The position numbers were made by a program, and so were the translations under genes. Shown here piece after piece: positions 46,144 to 56,419 of a stretch of 64,000 bases of DNA. This DNA comes from an uncultured Candidatus Entotheonella sp. (GTDB taxonomy: Bacteria; Tectomicrobia; Entotheonellia; Entotheonellales; Entotheonellaceae). The stretch spans positions 1,760,001 to 1,824,000 of the forward strand of contig OZ244252.1 of NCBI GenBank assembly GCA_965217185.1. Reading direction: 5' to 3'. Within the stretch, counting starts at the first letter, position 1. Each line of letters starts with the position of its first letter. The notes below the pieces were generated by a model. It did not search any database. It was not told where the DNA came from and saw only the letters and a program-made list of their open reading frames with translations.

Positions 46144-47322
46144 GTGAAGGACGAGACACGGCTGGTGCATGCCGGCAGAGACCCGCAGCGTGACGGCGGC
46201 ATCGTCAACCCACCCGTCAGCCGCGCCTCCACGGTGCTCTACCCGACTTTGGACGCCTTTGCCAGGCGCAATGCCGGCGACGCCAAGTACCGTGCCGTGC
46301 GCTACGGCGCCTACGGGGTGGCCAACACCCTTGCCCTGGCCGACGCGATAGCGGAACTGGAAGGCGGCGCCGGCGCGGTGGTCACCGCCACCGGCCTGTC
46401 CGCCGTCACCCTCGCCCTTACCGCGCTGGTTGGGCAAGGCGATCACGTCCTGATGACGGATTCCGCCTACGGGCCGACGCGCGCTTTCTGCGATGAGGTG
46501 CTGACCCGCTTCGGCGTCGAAACGACCTATTACGACCCGCTCATCGGCGCCGGCATCGCCGGTTTGATGCGGCCCAACACCCGCGTCGTGTTCACCGAAT
46601 CCCCCGGCTCCCTCACCTTCGAGGTGCAAGACATACCCGCCATTGCCGCCGCCGCCCACCGGCACGAGGCATTGGTCCTGCTGGACAACACTTGGTCCGC
46701 GGGGCTGTTCTTCAAACCGTTCGACCACGGGGTTGATGTTTCCATCCAAGCCGCTACCAAGTACATTTCCGGTCACTCCGACGCGGTCATCGGCACCATC
46801 ACCGCCCGCACCGAGACGCTGTTTCGCCGCATCAAGGACACCACCATGGCCTTCGGCGACGTCGCCGCACCGGACACCAGCTATCTGGCCCTGCGCGGCC
46901 TGCGCTCCATGGCGGCACGCTTGCGGCAACAGCAGGCGGCCGGCCTACAGATCACCGAATGGCTGCGCGGCCGGCCCGAGGTGAAGCGCGTCCTCTACCC
47001 TGCCCTTCCCGGCGACTCTGGACACGCCATCTGGAAACGCGATTTTACCGGTGCATGCAGCCTCTTCAGCGTCGTGCTGCACACCGGCGACGAAGCCGCC
47101 GTCGCCGGCATGGTCGACGCCTACCAATACTTCAAGATCGGCGCCAGCTGGGGCGGCTTCGAAAGCCTCGTCATCCCCGCCTACCCCGCCCAACTCCGCA
47201 CCGCCGTTCGCTGGACGGACTCCGGCCTCGTGCTCCGCTACCACGTCGGCCTGGAAGCCCCGGAGGATTTAATGGCTGATCTGGAGGAAGGGTTCGAGCG
47301 CCTGCGGCAGGCCGTGAGTTGA
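46144..47322 (+). CDS. metC: Cystathionine beta-lyase
   Basis: VNPPVSRASTV, ESPGSLTFEVQD, DNTW, ATKYISGHSD and SWGGFESL motifs. Confidence 0.93.
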   Translation: MKDETRLVHAGRDPQRDGGIVNPPVSRASTVLYPTLDAFARRNAGDAKYRAVRYGAYGVANTLALADAIAELEGGAGAVVTATGLSAVTLALTALVGQGDHVLMTDSAYGPTRAFCDEVLTRFGVETTYYDPLIGAGIAGLMRPNTRVVFTESPGSLTFEVQDIPAIAAAAHRHEALVLLDNTWSAGLFFKPFDHGVDVSIQAATKYISGHSDAVIGTITARTETLFRRIKDTTMAFGDVAAPDTSYLALRGLRSMAARLRQQQAAGLQITEWLRGRPEVKRVLYPALPGDSGHAIWKRDFTGACSLFSVVLHTGDEAAVAGMVDAYQYFKIGASWGGFESLVIPAYPAQLRTAVRWTDSGLVLRYHVGLEAPEDLMADLEEGFERLRQAVS

Positions 47323-47496
47323 GAGTCGGAGGCAGTGGGCGGAATGGGCTCCGGACAGAATATGACTTGAAGAACGTTCGGGTGCGGGAGGCTGGCTCGG
47401 AGCGGTTTTGAAGCAACAGCTGAAAGGCGACTTGTTCAGGTTTTCCTTTGCGTCATCAATATAGTGGAATGCAGAAAGACTTCTCGTACCGGTTCA

Positions 47497-48240
47497 TCAG
47501 CCGCCTCGTCGCGCCGCCTCTACGGCGACATGGCCCGCCAGTTCACTCACAAAGTTCCGCAAACCCGTCAGTTCACTCAACTCCGAATAATCACCGGTAT
47601 CGGCAGCAGATCGCGGGGAAATCATGACCGACGCAGCGGTATAGAGTTTCTCCTGCACGAGCTTACGGCACAGAATGCGGCAGCGTTCGGCGTACGAAAT
47701 CCCTTCAAACTCCGGGAATACCGGAAAGTGAGGCGATACGTCGCGTACTGGCGAGCGCGATTGCTGGGTATCTTCCAAAAGCATCAGCCAACCCACAAAA
47801 GGCCGGGGCCGCTCACCGAAAGCGCCTGCCCGGTAAGCTGTCCAAAGATCGTGTGCGGTACCGATGGCCTCTTCCGTGCGGTTGTTGAAATTGTTCCCGA
47901 ATGACGGCCCGACCTGGCTCTTGAACTCCAGCGCGGCAATCAGGCAACCGCCGTGAATCACGAGCACATCCCACAGCTTGGTCGGACGAAAATAGCCTGG
48001 CAACGTGACCGTGCGACGTTTTCTGTGAATGTCGGCATGCGCCAGACCGTTGGCACGCACGATGTCGATGACGAGATCAATAAAGCCGTCCATATTCTTG
48101 CCGGCTGTCACCCCAGCACGACCGCCTGGGTCAACACGGCCAGACGCGATCTGTTTTTGCCGCGCCCGCTCGCGGTTGCCCCAGAAGTCCTGCACCGCCT
48201 GCCTCGCTTTCGCTTCGTAATCCGAGAGGTCGATAGCCAT
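47497..48240 (-). CDS. Type II restriction endonuclease, PaeR7I/XhoI family
   Basis: [23 protein letters not shown] and [23 protein letters not shown] motifs. Confidence 0.9.
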   Translation of the reverse strand: MAIDLSDYEAKARQAVQDFWGNRERARQKQIASGRVDPGGRAGVTAGKNMDGFIDLVIDIVRANGLAHADIHRKRRTVTLPGYFRPTKLWDVLVIHGGCLIAALEFKSQVGPSFGNNFNNRTEEAIGTAHDLWTAYRAGAFGERPRPFVGWLMLLEDTQQSRSPVRDVSPHFPVFPEFEGISYAERCRILCRKLVQEKLYTAASVMISPRSAADTGDYSELSELTGLRNFVSELAGHVAVEAARRGG

Positions 48241-48251
48241 GTAGCGGCGTC

Positions 48252-49979
48252 CTATTCGTCGACGTTTCCGCCCAGGGCGGCCTGCTCATCGCTTGAAAGG
48301 CGATAGAGCTTGAAGACGGCTGCCTTGCAAGCTGCCGTATCCCCGCGTTTTGCGGCCGCCGTCAGCGCGGTCTTGATCTCATCAGGGACATCTGGCCAAT
48401 GAGGCAGACGAATACGCCGCAGATACTGAACCTGAAAACGCAGGTAGCCACCCCGCATGCGAGTCGAATAGATCGACACGAACAGCCGCGCAATGCCGGA
48501 TTGCAGGACCGCTTGCAGCGCTCTCAGCTCCCACGCATCGGACGTAATGAAATAAAGATTGTGGTGCGGGTAGAGACGGCCGTTCTCGTAGACGATATGG
48601 GCTTCTCCCTTGATGTCCGGGATGAGCAGCTTCGGTGTCTTCGCCAGAGCTGGTTCCATCCGGTCAATGGTGCGGTACCAGTTAGCGGGGGCCTTCCGGG
48701 CAATATGGCGCTTGGCAAGTTTGGCCCGGCGGGCTTCCAGATAGCGTCTGAGCCTGGGGTACTGACCCAGGTCGACCAGCCCGCCTGCATCGGCGAACGG
48801 GTTGACGATGCCAAGACCGCGCCACTTGACCTCACCACTCAGGATGTCTCGAGTCATGGCAAGGGGCAGCTTGCGGTCCGGTTCGACGTCAAGCTCGTCA
48901 TAGGGGCCGATAAATGCCTTATCCGCACCGGTGGCCACACCGATGCCGACCTTGCATCCGGTGTCTTCGAGGAGCGGAAAGTCATGCTCCAGGCGGCGCA
49001 CCAGGGTCACTTGGTCCGAAGATGCTAACAGCCACGGTTCCGCGTCCATCGCCACTCCGGCAAATTCTTTCACCGGGCTGCCCGGCGCGGGCGTCTGGGG
49101 CGACAGGAGTTCTCGGGCCAGGGCGCGCAGCGCTTGTCCGCTGATCTCCGGTCGCCGTGCCATGCGGGTCTTGCCGGGCTTTTCCCTGCCGATGATGGTG
49201 ATGGCGGGGTAGGCGATCACGTCTTTATGGAAAGCAGACGTATCCACCATGTCCACATAGGTTTTCAAGTGAAAGCGCTCTGCCACCATACGGCGCAGCG
49301 GCCTGCCGTAGCGGTTCTTCATCCAGCGATCGGCGCAGATGAAGCCCAGCGCCCCGCCTTCCGAAAGCAGGCTGAGGGAACGCTCGATAAAGGGGATATA
49401 GAGGTCAGCCCGGTCAAAGATCGTGGTGTAACGCGAGCGGTATTCGGCTATCAGAGCGTCCGGGATTCGTTCCTGCCGGACATAGGGGGGGTTGCCGACG
49501 ACGTGGTCGAATGGGCCTGGTAGCGGCATCTGCAGAAAATCCCCACATAGTAGCCAGGCCCCTGCGAGTTGCGCGGCGGTTGGGGGGGCAATTCCTTCTT
49601 GCGTCAGAAGGGCGATGACTTTTAGGTAGGTCGCGTCGTACGACGCCTGATGCAGTTCCACGGCGCGAAAGCTGTCTTTGAGGTCATGCCATACGTCGTG
49701 CCGGTCGCCCTGTCGTTTCCACGCCCTGAGCAGGCGATCAACAACGATGAGCAGAAAGTCACCGGCTCCGAAAGACGGTTCCAGAATGCGGTGTTGGTAC
49801 AGGGCCCTGTCGGGGGTATAGCTGAGCAGGTCGAGGATGAATTCGACGACCTCGCGCCGGGTGAAAATCGCACCGCGTTCTTCGATGCCGGCGGCGGCGA
49901 GACCCTCCAAAGCGTCCTCAACCGGGCACGTACCGGGGAACGATGCTTGGCGAAGGAGGGGTCGCACCGATTCAGCCAT
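48252..49979 (-). CDS. N6-adenine DNA methyltransferase, M.PaeR7I/TaqI-like
   Basis: [23 protein letters not shown] and YPHHNLY motifs; directly upstream of the REase. Confidence 0.92.
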   Translation of the reverse strand: MAESVRPLLRQASFPGTCPVEDALEGLAAAGIEERGAIFTRREVVEFILDLLSYTPDRALYQHRILEPSFGAGDFLLIVVDRLLRAWKRQGDRHDVWHDLKDSFRAVELHQASYDATYLKVIALLTQEGIAPPTAAQLAGAWLLCGDFLQMPLPGPFDHVVGNPPYVRQERIPDALIAEYRSRYTTIFDRADLYIPFIERSLSLLSEGGALGFICADRWMKNRYGRPLRRMVAERFHLKTYVDMVDTSAFHKDVIAYPAITIIGREKPGKTRMARRPEISGQALRALARELLSPQTPAPGSPVKEFAGVAMDAEPWLLASSDQVTLVRRLEHDFPLLEDTGCKVGIGVATGADKAFIGPYDELDVEPDRKLPLAMTRDILSGEVKWRGLGIVNPFADAGGLVDLGQYPRLRRYLEARRAKLAKRHIARKAPANWYRTIDRMEPALAKTPKLLIPDIKGEAHIVYENGRLYPHHNLYFITSDAWELRALQAVLQSGIARLFVSIYSTRMRGGYLRFQVQYLRRIRLPHWPDVPDEIKTALTAAAKRGDTAACKAAVFKLYRLSSDEQAALGGNVDE

Positions 49980-50141
49980 GTCGATGTTTTCCGTTCAACG
50001 CGCTCGTTTCGGAGAGTCCAAGGTAACTTCAATCAGGGAAAACTCACGCCGCGGGGCTTCCGCCTGTCTGCTACAGGGCAGGCAGGCGGGAACGACGAAC
50101 AGTTGGAGCCCGGTAGCCGAATCGCGCCTTGGTGATCCGAC

Positions 50142-51416
50142 CTACCTCGCCGCCGCCAGGGCCTGATCCAGGTCCGCCACGATGTCCTCGATATGCTCAA
50201 TACCGATGCACAGGCGGATCATGTCCGAGGTGACACCGGCGTCCGCCTGTTCCGATTCGGTCAATTGGCGGTGCGTGGTTGACGCGGGGTGGGCCGCCAG
50301 GGACTTGGCGTCGCCAATGTTGACGAGGCGCTTGAACAGCTTCAGGGCGTCGTAGAACTTCACGCCGGCGTCGTAGCCGCCCTTGACGCCGAAGCTGAGC
50401 AGGGCGGAGGGGCGACCGTTGGTGTATTTCTGGGCCAGATCGTAATACTTGGAATCGGGCAGCCCGGCGTAGTGCACCCAGGCAACCTGGCTGTGCGATT
50501 GCAGGTGCTTGGCCACCGCCATCGCGTTGTCCACGTGGCGTTCCATGCGCAGCGGCAGGGTTTCGAGGCCCTGCAGCAGCAGAAAGGCGTTGAACGGGCT
50601 GAGCGCCGAGCCGGTGTTGCGCAGCGGCACCGTGCGCGCCCGCCCGATGTAAGCGGCGGGGCCAAGGGCGTCGCTGTACACGATGCCGTGATAGGCCGGT
50701 TCCGGCTGCGTCAGGCCGGGGTATTTGGCGGCGTGCTCGGTCCAGGGAAACTTGCCGCTGTCGACAATCACGCCGCCCAGCGAGTTGCCGTGGCCGCCCA
50801 TGTATTTGGTCATGGAATGCACGACGATGTCGACGCCGTAATCAATGGGCTTGAGCAGCGGCGGCGGCGTCACGGTGCTGTCGACGATCACCGGTACGCC
50901 GTGGCTGTGCGCCATGTCGGAGATGGCTTCGATGTCCGCGATGTTGCCCGCCGGGTTGCCGATCGTCTCCGCAAACACCGCGATGGTCTTGCTGTCGATG
51001 AGCCGCTCCAGGCTTGCCGGGCTGTCGTCGTCCGCGAACCGCACTTCGATGCCCTGTTTCGGCAGCATGTGCGCAAACAGGGTATAGGTGCCGCCGTACA
51101 GCAGCGGCACCGACACCACGTTGTTGCCCGCCTCGGCGATGGTCAGGATCGAGTAGTTCACCGCTGCGCTGCCGGAGCTCAGGGCCAGCCCGGCGATGCC
51201 GTTTTCAAGAGCCGCCACGCGCTTTTCCAGCACGTCGTTGGTGGGGTTCATGATGCGGGTGTAGATGTTGCCCGGCACCGCCAGGTTGAACAGGTCGGCG
51301 CCGTGCTTGGCGTTGTCGAACTCGTAGGCCACCGTCTGGTAAATGGGCACCGCCACGGCATGGGTCGTCGGATCCGTTTCGTAGCCGGCGTGAATCGCTA
51401 TGGTTTCGTCTCGCAT
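50142..51416 (-). CDS. metY: O-acetylhomoserine sulfhydrylase
   Basis: GNIYTRIMNPT, HSMTKYMGGHG and VNIGDAKSL..HPASTTH motifs. Confidence 0.94.
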   Translation of the reverse strand: MRDETIAIHAGYETDPTTHAVAVPIYQTVAYEFDNAKHGADLFNLAVPGNIYTRIMNPTNDVLEKRVAALENGIAGLALSSGSAAVNYSILTIAEAGNNVVSVPLLYGGTYTLFAHMLPKQGIEVRFADDDSPASLERLIDSKTIAVFAETIGNPAGNIADIEAISDMAHSHGVPVIVDSTVTPPPLLKPIDYGVDIVVHSMTKYMGGHGNSLGGVIVDSGKFPWTEHAAKYPGLTQPEPAYHGIVYSDALGPAAYIGRARTVPLRNTGSALSPFNAFLLLQGLETLPLRMERHVDNAMAVAKHLQSHSQVAWVHYAGLPDSKYYDLAQKYTNGRPSALLSFGVKGGYDAGVKFYDALKLFKRLVNIGDAKSLAAHPASTTHRQLTESEQADAGVTSDMIRLCIGIEHIEDIVADLDQALAAAR

Positions 51417-51464
51417 GCAAACACTCCTTCGCTAACGTCGCAACGTTATGAACGCGGATGGAAA

Positions 51465-52544
51465 TCAGGATGGGCAGTCCCTCAGGCCGAGCGGGTCGTG
51501 GGGATCGATGTCCGGCATGAATGGCAGGCGGCGGTCCGGGTGGGTCAGGCGGTACACCAAGCCCAGCCAGTTGTTGAAAATCGCCTTGCCCGTGTCGCCC
51601 CAGGTGTTGTCGAGGTGGGGCTCGATCGCCGCTTCCGGGAAGTCGGGAAGCGGTTCCCCATGCGCCTTGGCCAGGGTGGCTTGGCGCAAATGGGAAGCCG
51701 CCAGATCAGCGGCTTTGGCGGAAAAATAGTTTTCCGGATTGGGCGGTGAGTCGTCGATCTCGTCGCTGAGATAGCGCAGCGTCTCGCGCTTGTACTCCTT
51801 CAGCAGGCTGTTGAAGTCGTACTCCGGATGGCCCTGGAAATACACGATGCGGAACTGGTCGGGGCTCACCGCCATGTGCACGCCCGCCTCGTCGCTGTCA
51901 ACCAGCACCCGCAGCCCCGCAGCCGTCAACTCGTCCTGCCTCACCTCGTTCCAGCGCGAGTGCGGCACGTCGAAGCGTGTGTTGATGCCCTGCAGCAGCG
52001 GGTGCAAGCGGTTGCGCACGCGATGGCTGTAGACCCCCCACCGCTTGCTTGGCAGTTTGTGCCGGTCGATCTGATACAATTGCTTGACCAGTGCGTGGGT
52101 GGCCAGGCACGAGCACAGGATGCTCGTCACGTTGTCCGTCGCCCAGTCGATCACCTCCCGCAGTGGCGTCCAGAACGGCTCCAGTTCCAATGAGGGCTGG
52201 GTAACATTGGCGCCGGAAATAATCAGGGCGTCCAACCCCGCCTCGCGCAGGTCTTCGAACTCTGCGTAATAGGCGTCGATGTAAGCGGCGGCCTCGGCGC
52301 TGCGCGGCAGGCCGGGAACGGAAAAGGGATGGATGTAGAACTGCGCGATCTGGTTGCAGTTACCGACAAGGCGCATGTATTGCTGCTCGGTCACCGAGAG
52401 AGCGGCATCCGGCATCATGTTCAACAGGCCGATGTGGAGCTCGCGGATGTCCTGTGCCACAGCCCGTTCCAGGCTCAGGATGTCGTAGCCCCCTTGGCGT
52501 AACCGGTCGAAGGTGGGCAGGTTGGTGTGTGCCACGAGGGGCAT
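51465..52544 (-). CDS. metA: Homoserine O-acyltransferase, MetA family
   Basis: IGLLNMMPDAAL, SGANV, SCLATHA, VPHSRWN and QGHPEY motifs. Confidence 0.93.
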   Translation of the reverse strand: MPLVAHTNLPTFDRLRQGGYDILSLERAVAQDIRELHIGLLNMMPDAALSVTEQQYMRLVGNCNQIAQFYIHPFSVPGLPRSAEAAAYIDAYYAEFEDLREAGLDALIISGANVTQPSLELEPFWTPLREVIDWATDNVTSILCSCLATHALVKQLYQIDRHKLPSKRWGVYSHRVRNRLHPLLQGINTRFDVPHSRWNEVRQDELTAAGLRVLVDSDEAGVHMAVSPDQFRIVYFQGHPEYDFNSLLKEYKRETLRYLSDEIDDSPPNPENYFSAKAADLAASHLRQATLAKAHGEPLPDFPEAAIEPHLDNTWGDTGKAIFNNWLGLVYRLTHPDRRLPFMPDIDPHDPLGLRDCPS

Positions 52545-52648
52545 GCTCAACTCCTCCATTTGCCCGCCGAGCAGCGGGCACTACAGGCCATGCTGAATGG
52601 CCGGGAAGTATACAGCAGAAGCCGAAACGGATTCAAAGGAGCAGCCTT

Positions 52649-54373
52649 ATGGAGGTACCGCTGTCGCCTGAAACCCTGGCCGCCCAGGCCATGGGCGCGG
52701 CAGACCCGGAAACCGGCGCCCTGGTGCCGCCGCTGCATACCGCCACCACCTACGAAATGCATCCCGATGGCTCCCTGACCGACGGACGCGCCTACACCCG
52801 CGCCGACAACCCCACCTACGATCCCGCCGAACAACTGATCAACACCCTGGAAGGCGGCGCCGGCTGCATCCTGTTCGCCTCCGGCAACGCCGCCGCCACG
52901 GCGGTGTTCCAGGCTCTGCTGCCCGGCGATCACGTGCTGGTGAGCCGCATCCTCTACTGGGGCATTCGCAAGTGGCTGGCGGAGTTCGCCGTCACCTGGG
53001 GCCTGGACGTCGAATTCGTCGAGGTGACGGACCTTGAGGCCCTAAGCTCTGCCATCCGTCCCGGCGTCACCCGCCTGTTGTGGCTGGAGACACCGGCCAA
53101 TCCGACGTGGGAGATCACCGACATTGCCGCGGCCGCCGAGATCGCGCACGCAGCCCAAGTCTGCGTGGCGGTAGACAACACGGTGCCGACGCCGGTGTTG
53201 ACGCGGCCCCTTGAATTGGGCGCTGACCTGGTGGTGCACTCGGCCACCAAGTATCTCAACGGCCACAGCGACGTGCTGGCCGGCGCGGTGGTCACGGCGC
53301 GGCTCGACCCGTTGTGGGAGCGCATCCGCTCCTGGCGCCGCAACGCCGGAGCGATGCTCGGGCCGTTCGAGGCATGGCTGCTGCAGCGCGGCATGCGCAC
53401 CCTGTTCGTACGGGTGCGGCGCGCCTCGGAAACAGCGTTGACGCTGGCGCAGCAATTGGAAGGTCATCCGGCGCTCAAGGCGGTGCTGTATCCGGGATTG
53501 CCCTCGCATCCGGGTTATGAAATCGCGGCGCGGCAGATGCACGGGGGGTTTGGCGGCATGCTGTCGATCCGGGTTGCCGGCGGCAAGGAGCAGGCGTTGG
53601 CCGTGGCCGCGGCGGCGCGGGTATTCAAGCGCGCCACCTCGCTCGGCGGCGTGGAAAGCCTGATTGAGCACCGATTGAGCACCGAAGGCCCCTCCTCGCC
53701 GGTGCCGGGGGATCTGCTGCGGCTGTCGGTCGGCCTGGAGACGCCGGAGGACCTGCTGGCGGATCTGACCGCCGCGCTCGATGCGTCGAGGCGTGTGCGC
53801 ACCGCTGTGCCATCGGAACCAACCCCAACGGCGGAGACGGTGCCCGAGGTCGTAGCGGCAGTACAGGGCGTGGTGGAGCGCAGCGTCGCGCCGCTGATCA
53901 TCGCGCGCGGCGGCAGGGTGCGGCTGGTGTCGGTCGATAACGGGGTCGTGACCCTGGAGGCCAGCGGGTCCCCCGGTGCCGTTTTGCCGGCTGAGGCGCA
54001 CGTAAGGTCGCTTCTGTGCAGCACGGTCGCCGAGGTCACGGACGTGCGGCTGGTCTGGCCTGGAGATGCGGCTGCGGCTGAGGCTGATACGGATGCGGCG
54101 GCTTTGTCGGAGCGCGTGCAGGCCATCCTGGAGGCGGAAATCAATCCCGCCGTCGCCGTGCACGGCGGCCGGGTGACCTTGGTCGAGGCGCAGGCTGACC
54201 GCATCACCATCCGCCTGGAGGACGGCTGCCAGGGCTGCAACCTCGCCATTGTCACCGTCCGGCAAGGCATCGAGCCCCTGCTGCGCGCCCGCCTGGGACG
54301 TGATGTGACTGTCATCGACGCGACCGATCACGCGGCCGGGACCTCACCCTTTTTCACGCCCTCGAAACGGTGA
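52649..54373 (+). CDS. Cystathionine gamma-synthase/lyase-family PLP enzyme fused to two C-terminal NifU/NfuA-like domains
   Basis: YTRADNPT, ETPANP, DNTV, HSATKYLNGHSD, TSLGGVESL and LRLSVGLE, then a Pro/Thr linker, a Cys-less Nfu-like repeat, and EINPAVAVHGG...GCQGC...DATDHAAGTSPFF. Confidence 0.9.
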   Translation: MEVPLSPETLAAQAMGAADPETGALVPPLHTATTYEMHPDGSLTDGRAYTRADNPTYDPAEQLINTLEGGAGCILFASGNAAATAVFQALLPGDHVLVSRILYWGIRKWLAEFAVTWGLDVEFVEVTDLEALSSAIRPGVTRLLWLETPANPTWEITDIAAAAEIAHAAQVCVAVDNTVPTPVLTRPLELGADLVVHSATKYLNGHSDVLAGAVVTARLDPLWERIRSWRRNAGAMLGPFEAWLLQRGMRTLFVRVRRASETALTLAQQLEGHPALKAVLYPGLPSHPGYEIAARQMHGGFGGMLSIRVAGGKEQALAVAAAARVFKRATSLGGVESLIEHRLSTEGPSSPVPGDLLRLSVGLETPEDLLADLTAALDASRRVRTAVPSEPTPTAETVPEVVAAVQGVVERSVAPLIIARGGRVRLVSVDNGVVTLEASGSPGAVLPAEAHVRSLLCSTVAEVTDVRLVWPGDAAAAEADTDAAALSERVQAILEAEINPAVAVHGGRVTLVEAQADRITIRLEDGCQGCNLAIVTVRQGIEPLLRARLGRDVTVIDATDHAAGTSPFFTPSKR

Positions 54374-54414
54374 AGAACAGTTATTGACGGAAATTTCATA
54401 GGGAGGAGCAACCC

Positions 54415-55806
54415 ATGGAACAAGGATACGACCCGGATGGCGAGCGGCTGCCGATCAAGGTGGATTCAACGTCGAACGGCGAGTTTGTGCCGATTCCGCT
54501 GACCGCGAGGCAGCGCGAGGCGAATCGGCTGGCGCGGCAGCAGGCGGCGGAGCATGCCAAGCGGGTGGGTATGGGACGCCGGGCGTTTCTGATATCGGCG
54601 TGCGGCGCGGCGAGCACGTTGTTGGCGTTCAACGCCGTCAACGCCGCGGCAGGCAAACGGGGCGGCACGTTCGAGCTGACAGCCGAGGCGGCCGTGGACC
54701 CGGAGGCGGCGGCGCAAGCGCTGGGCGGCAAGGAGTTCATCTTCGACGTGCAGGGCCACTTCATCGGCGAGGCGGCGTTGCGGCCGGGCAGCCCGCGCGG
54801 GCCGAAGAATTTCATCAAGGACGTGTTTCTCGACAGCGACACCGACATGATGGTGCTGTCGTTCGTGCCGTCGCGCCGCGACAGCGAGCCGTTGACCATC
54901 CGCGAGGCCGACGCGGTACGGCAGATCGTGGACGACCTGGAAGGGTCGCACCGCCTGCTGCTGCACGGGCGGGTCAACCCGAACCAGGCCGGCGACATCG
55001 AGGGCATGGACGAATTGGCCGAACGCTGGGGCGTTTCGGCCTGGAAGACCTACACGCAGTGGGGTCCCGACGGGAGGGGCTATTTTCTGTCCGACCCGGA
55101 CACCGGCATCCCGTTCATCGAGAAGGCGCGCAGCCTGGGCGTCAGGGTCATCTGCATCCACAAGGGCATTCCCTTCGGCGGGCGGTCGTACGAGCACAGC
55201 CTGTGCGACGACGTAGGGGTGGTGGCCAGGCAATTCCCGGACGTGAGCTTCATCATCTACCATTCGGGCTGGGTGCCGGGACATCCGGAACGGGCCTATG
55301 AGCCGAACGCCAAGCTGGACGGCGTCGACTCGCTGGTGCGCTCGCTGCTGGACAACAGGGTGCCGCCGAACAGCAACGTCTACGCCGAGCTCGGCAGCAC
55401 GTGGCGAGGTGTGATGGGCGACCCGGACAGCGCCGCCCATTGCCTGGGGAAGCTCTTCAAGTACGTGGGGGAAAACAACGTCTTGTGGGGAACGGACTCG
55501 ATCTGGTACGGCTCGCCGCAGGATCAGATCCAGGCGTTTCGCACCTTCCAGATCGCGCCGGGATTCCAGGAGCGCTACGGCTACCCGGCGATCACGCCCC
55601 AACTACGCGCCAAGGTTTTTGGCCTCAATGCCACCAAGCCGTACAAAGTCAGCGCCGACGAGGTGCTGAAACGGGCCGGCCGCGACGCCATCGCCGCCCA
55701 GCGCTTCGCCTACGGGGAAAGCCCCGACCCGCATTTCCTTACCTTCGGGCCGAAAACCCGCCGCGAGTTCAACCGCCTCGTGCGCTTGCACGGCGGCCTT
55801 GTCTAG
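54415..55806 (+). CDS. Amidohydrolase_2 family metallohydrolase
   Basis: FDVQGH, WKTY, ICIHKG, IYHSG, VYAELG and VLWGTDS motifs; GGAGGAG RBS. Confidence 0.88.
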   Translation: MEQGYDPDGERLPIKVDSTSNGEFVPIPLTARQREANRLARQQAAEHAKRVGMGRRAFLISACGAASTLLAFNAVNAAAGKRGGTFELTAEAAVDPEAAAQALGGKEFIFDVQGHFIGEAALRPGSPRGPKNFIKDVFLDSDTDMMVLSFVPSRRDSEPLTIREADAVRQIVDDLEGSHRLLLHGRVNPNQAGDIEGMDELAERWGVSAWKTYTQWGPDGRGYFLSDPDTGIPFIEKARSLGVRVICIHKGIPFGGRSYEHSLCDDVGVVARQFPDVSFIIYHSGWVPGHPERAYEPNAKLDGVDSLVRSLLDNRVPPNSNVYAELGSTWRGVMGDPDSAAHCLGKLFKYVGENNVLWGTDSIWYGSPQDQIQAFRTFQIAPGFQERYGYPAITPQLRAKVFGLNATKPYKVSADEVLKRAGRDAIAAQRFAYGESPDPHFLTFGPKTRREFNRLVRLHGGLV

Positions 55807-55961
55807 GCAGCGTGGCACAATGTCAGTTTACACTTCACTATTTACCGAATTTACCGAAATAATTGAGGGGCGCCGCGGCGAACCGCCCCTGTGAACTGCT
55901 CGGGTGGGCGGGGCGCCAGCAGGCCGATTCCTCGGAAGCCGACGCCTCGCCCACCGCCTGT

Positions 55962-56399
55962 CTATTGTTCCTGCGGAATGAAGTCGGCGGCAACCGACTG
56001 CTGGAGCATCAGGACACAATCTTCCGGCCCGACGCACGCGTCGCCGTGCATCTCGCCGCCCGGCTGGAAGACGTAAGAGCCTGGCGGCAGCTCGCGCACT
56101 TCACCGGTTTCGATGAAGGTGTGTTTCCATGTCCCGGTCAGATTAACGCCGTGATAATCCCCCGTGTGGGCGTGGTTCGGCGCCACGAACCCTGCGGGCA
56201 GTTTGATGAGTCGGACATTAGCACCCGTGCTCGGATCACCCCGAAGCACCGCGACGCTCACCGGCGTGCCTTCGATCAGAGACCATTCGACCTCGTCGAG
56301 CGCGACCATCGATCCATGGTCCTTATGGGCGGCGGTGTAGGCCAGACCCGCTGCGGCGAGCAGTACGACGGCTACGAACAGAAACGATTTCCTTGCCAT
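55962..56399 (-). CDS. Secreted cupin-fold protein (DUF4437-like)
   Basis: Signal peptide; LRGDP, LPAGF..PNHAH and PGSYVFQPGG.MH..AC motifs; AAAGGAG RBS. Confidence 0.82.
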   Translation of the reverse strand: MARKSFLFVAVVLLAAAGLAYTAAHKDHGSMVALDEVEWSLIEGTPVSVAVLRGDPSTGANVRLIKLPAGFVAPNHAHTGDYHGVNLTGTWKHTFIETGEVRELPPGSYVFQPGGEMHGDACVGPEDCVLMLQQSVAADFIPQEQ

Positions 56400-56419
56400 T
56401 ACGTTCAACTCCTTTGGAA

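Noticed and set aside
55841..55858. TTTACCGAA tandem repeat
   Set aside because: Only two short copies between convergent genes, with no supporting context.
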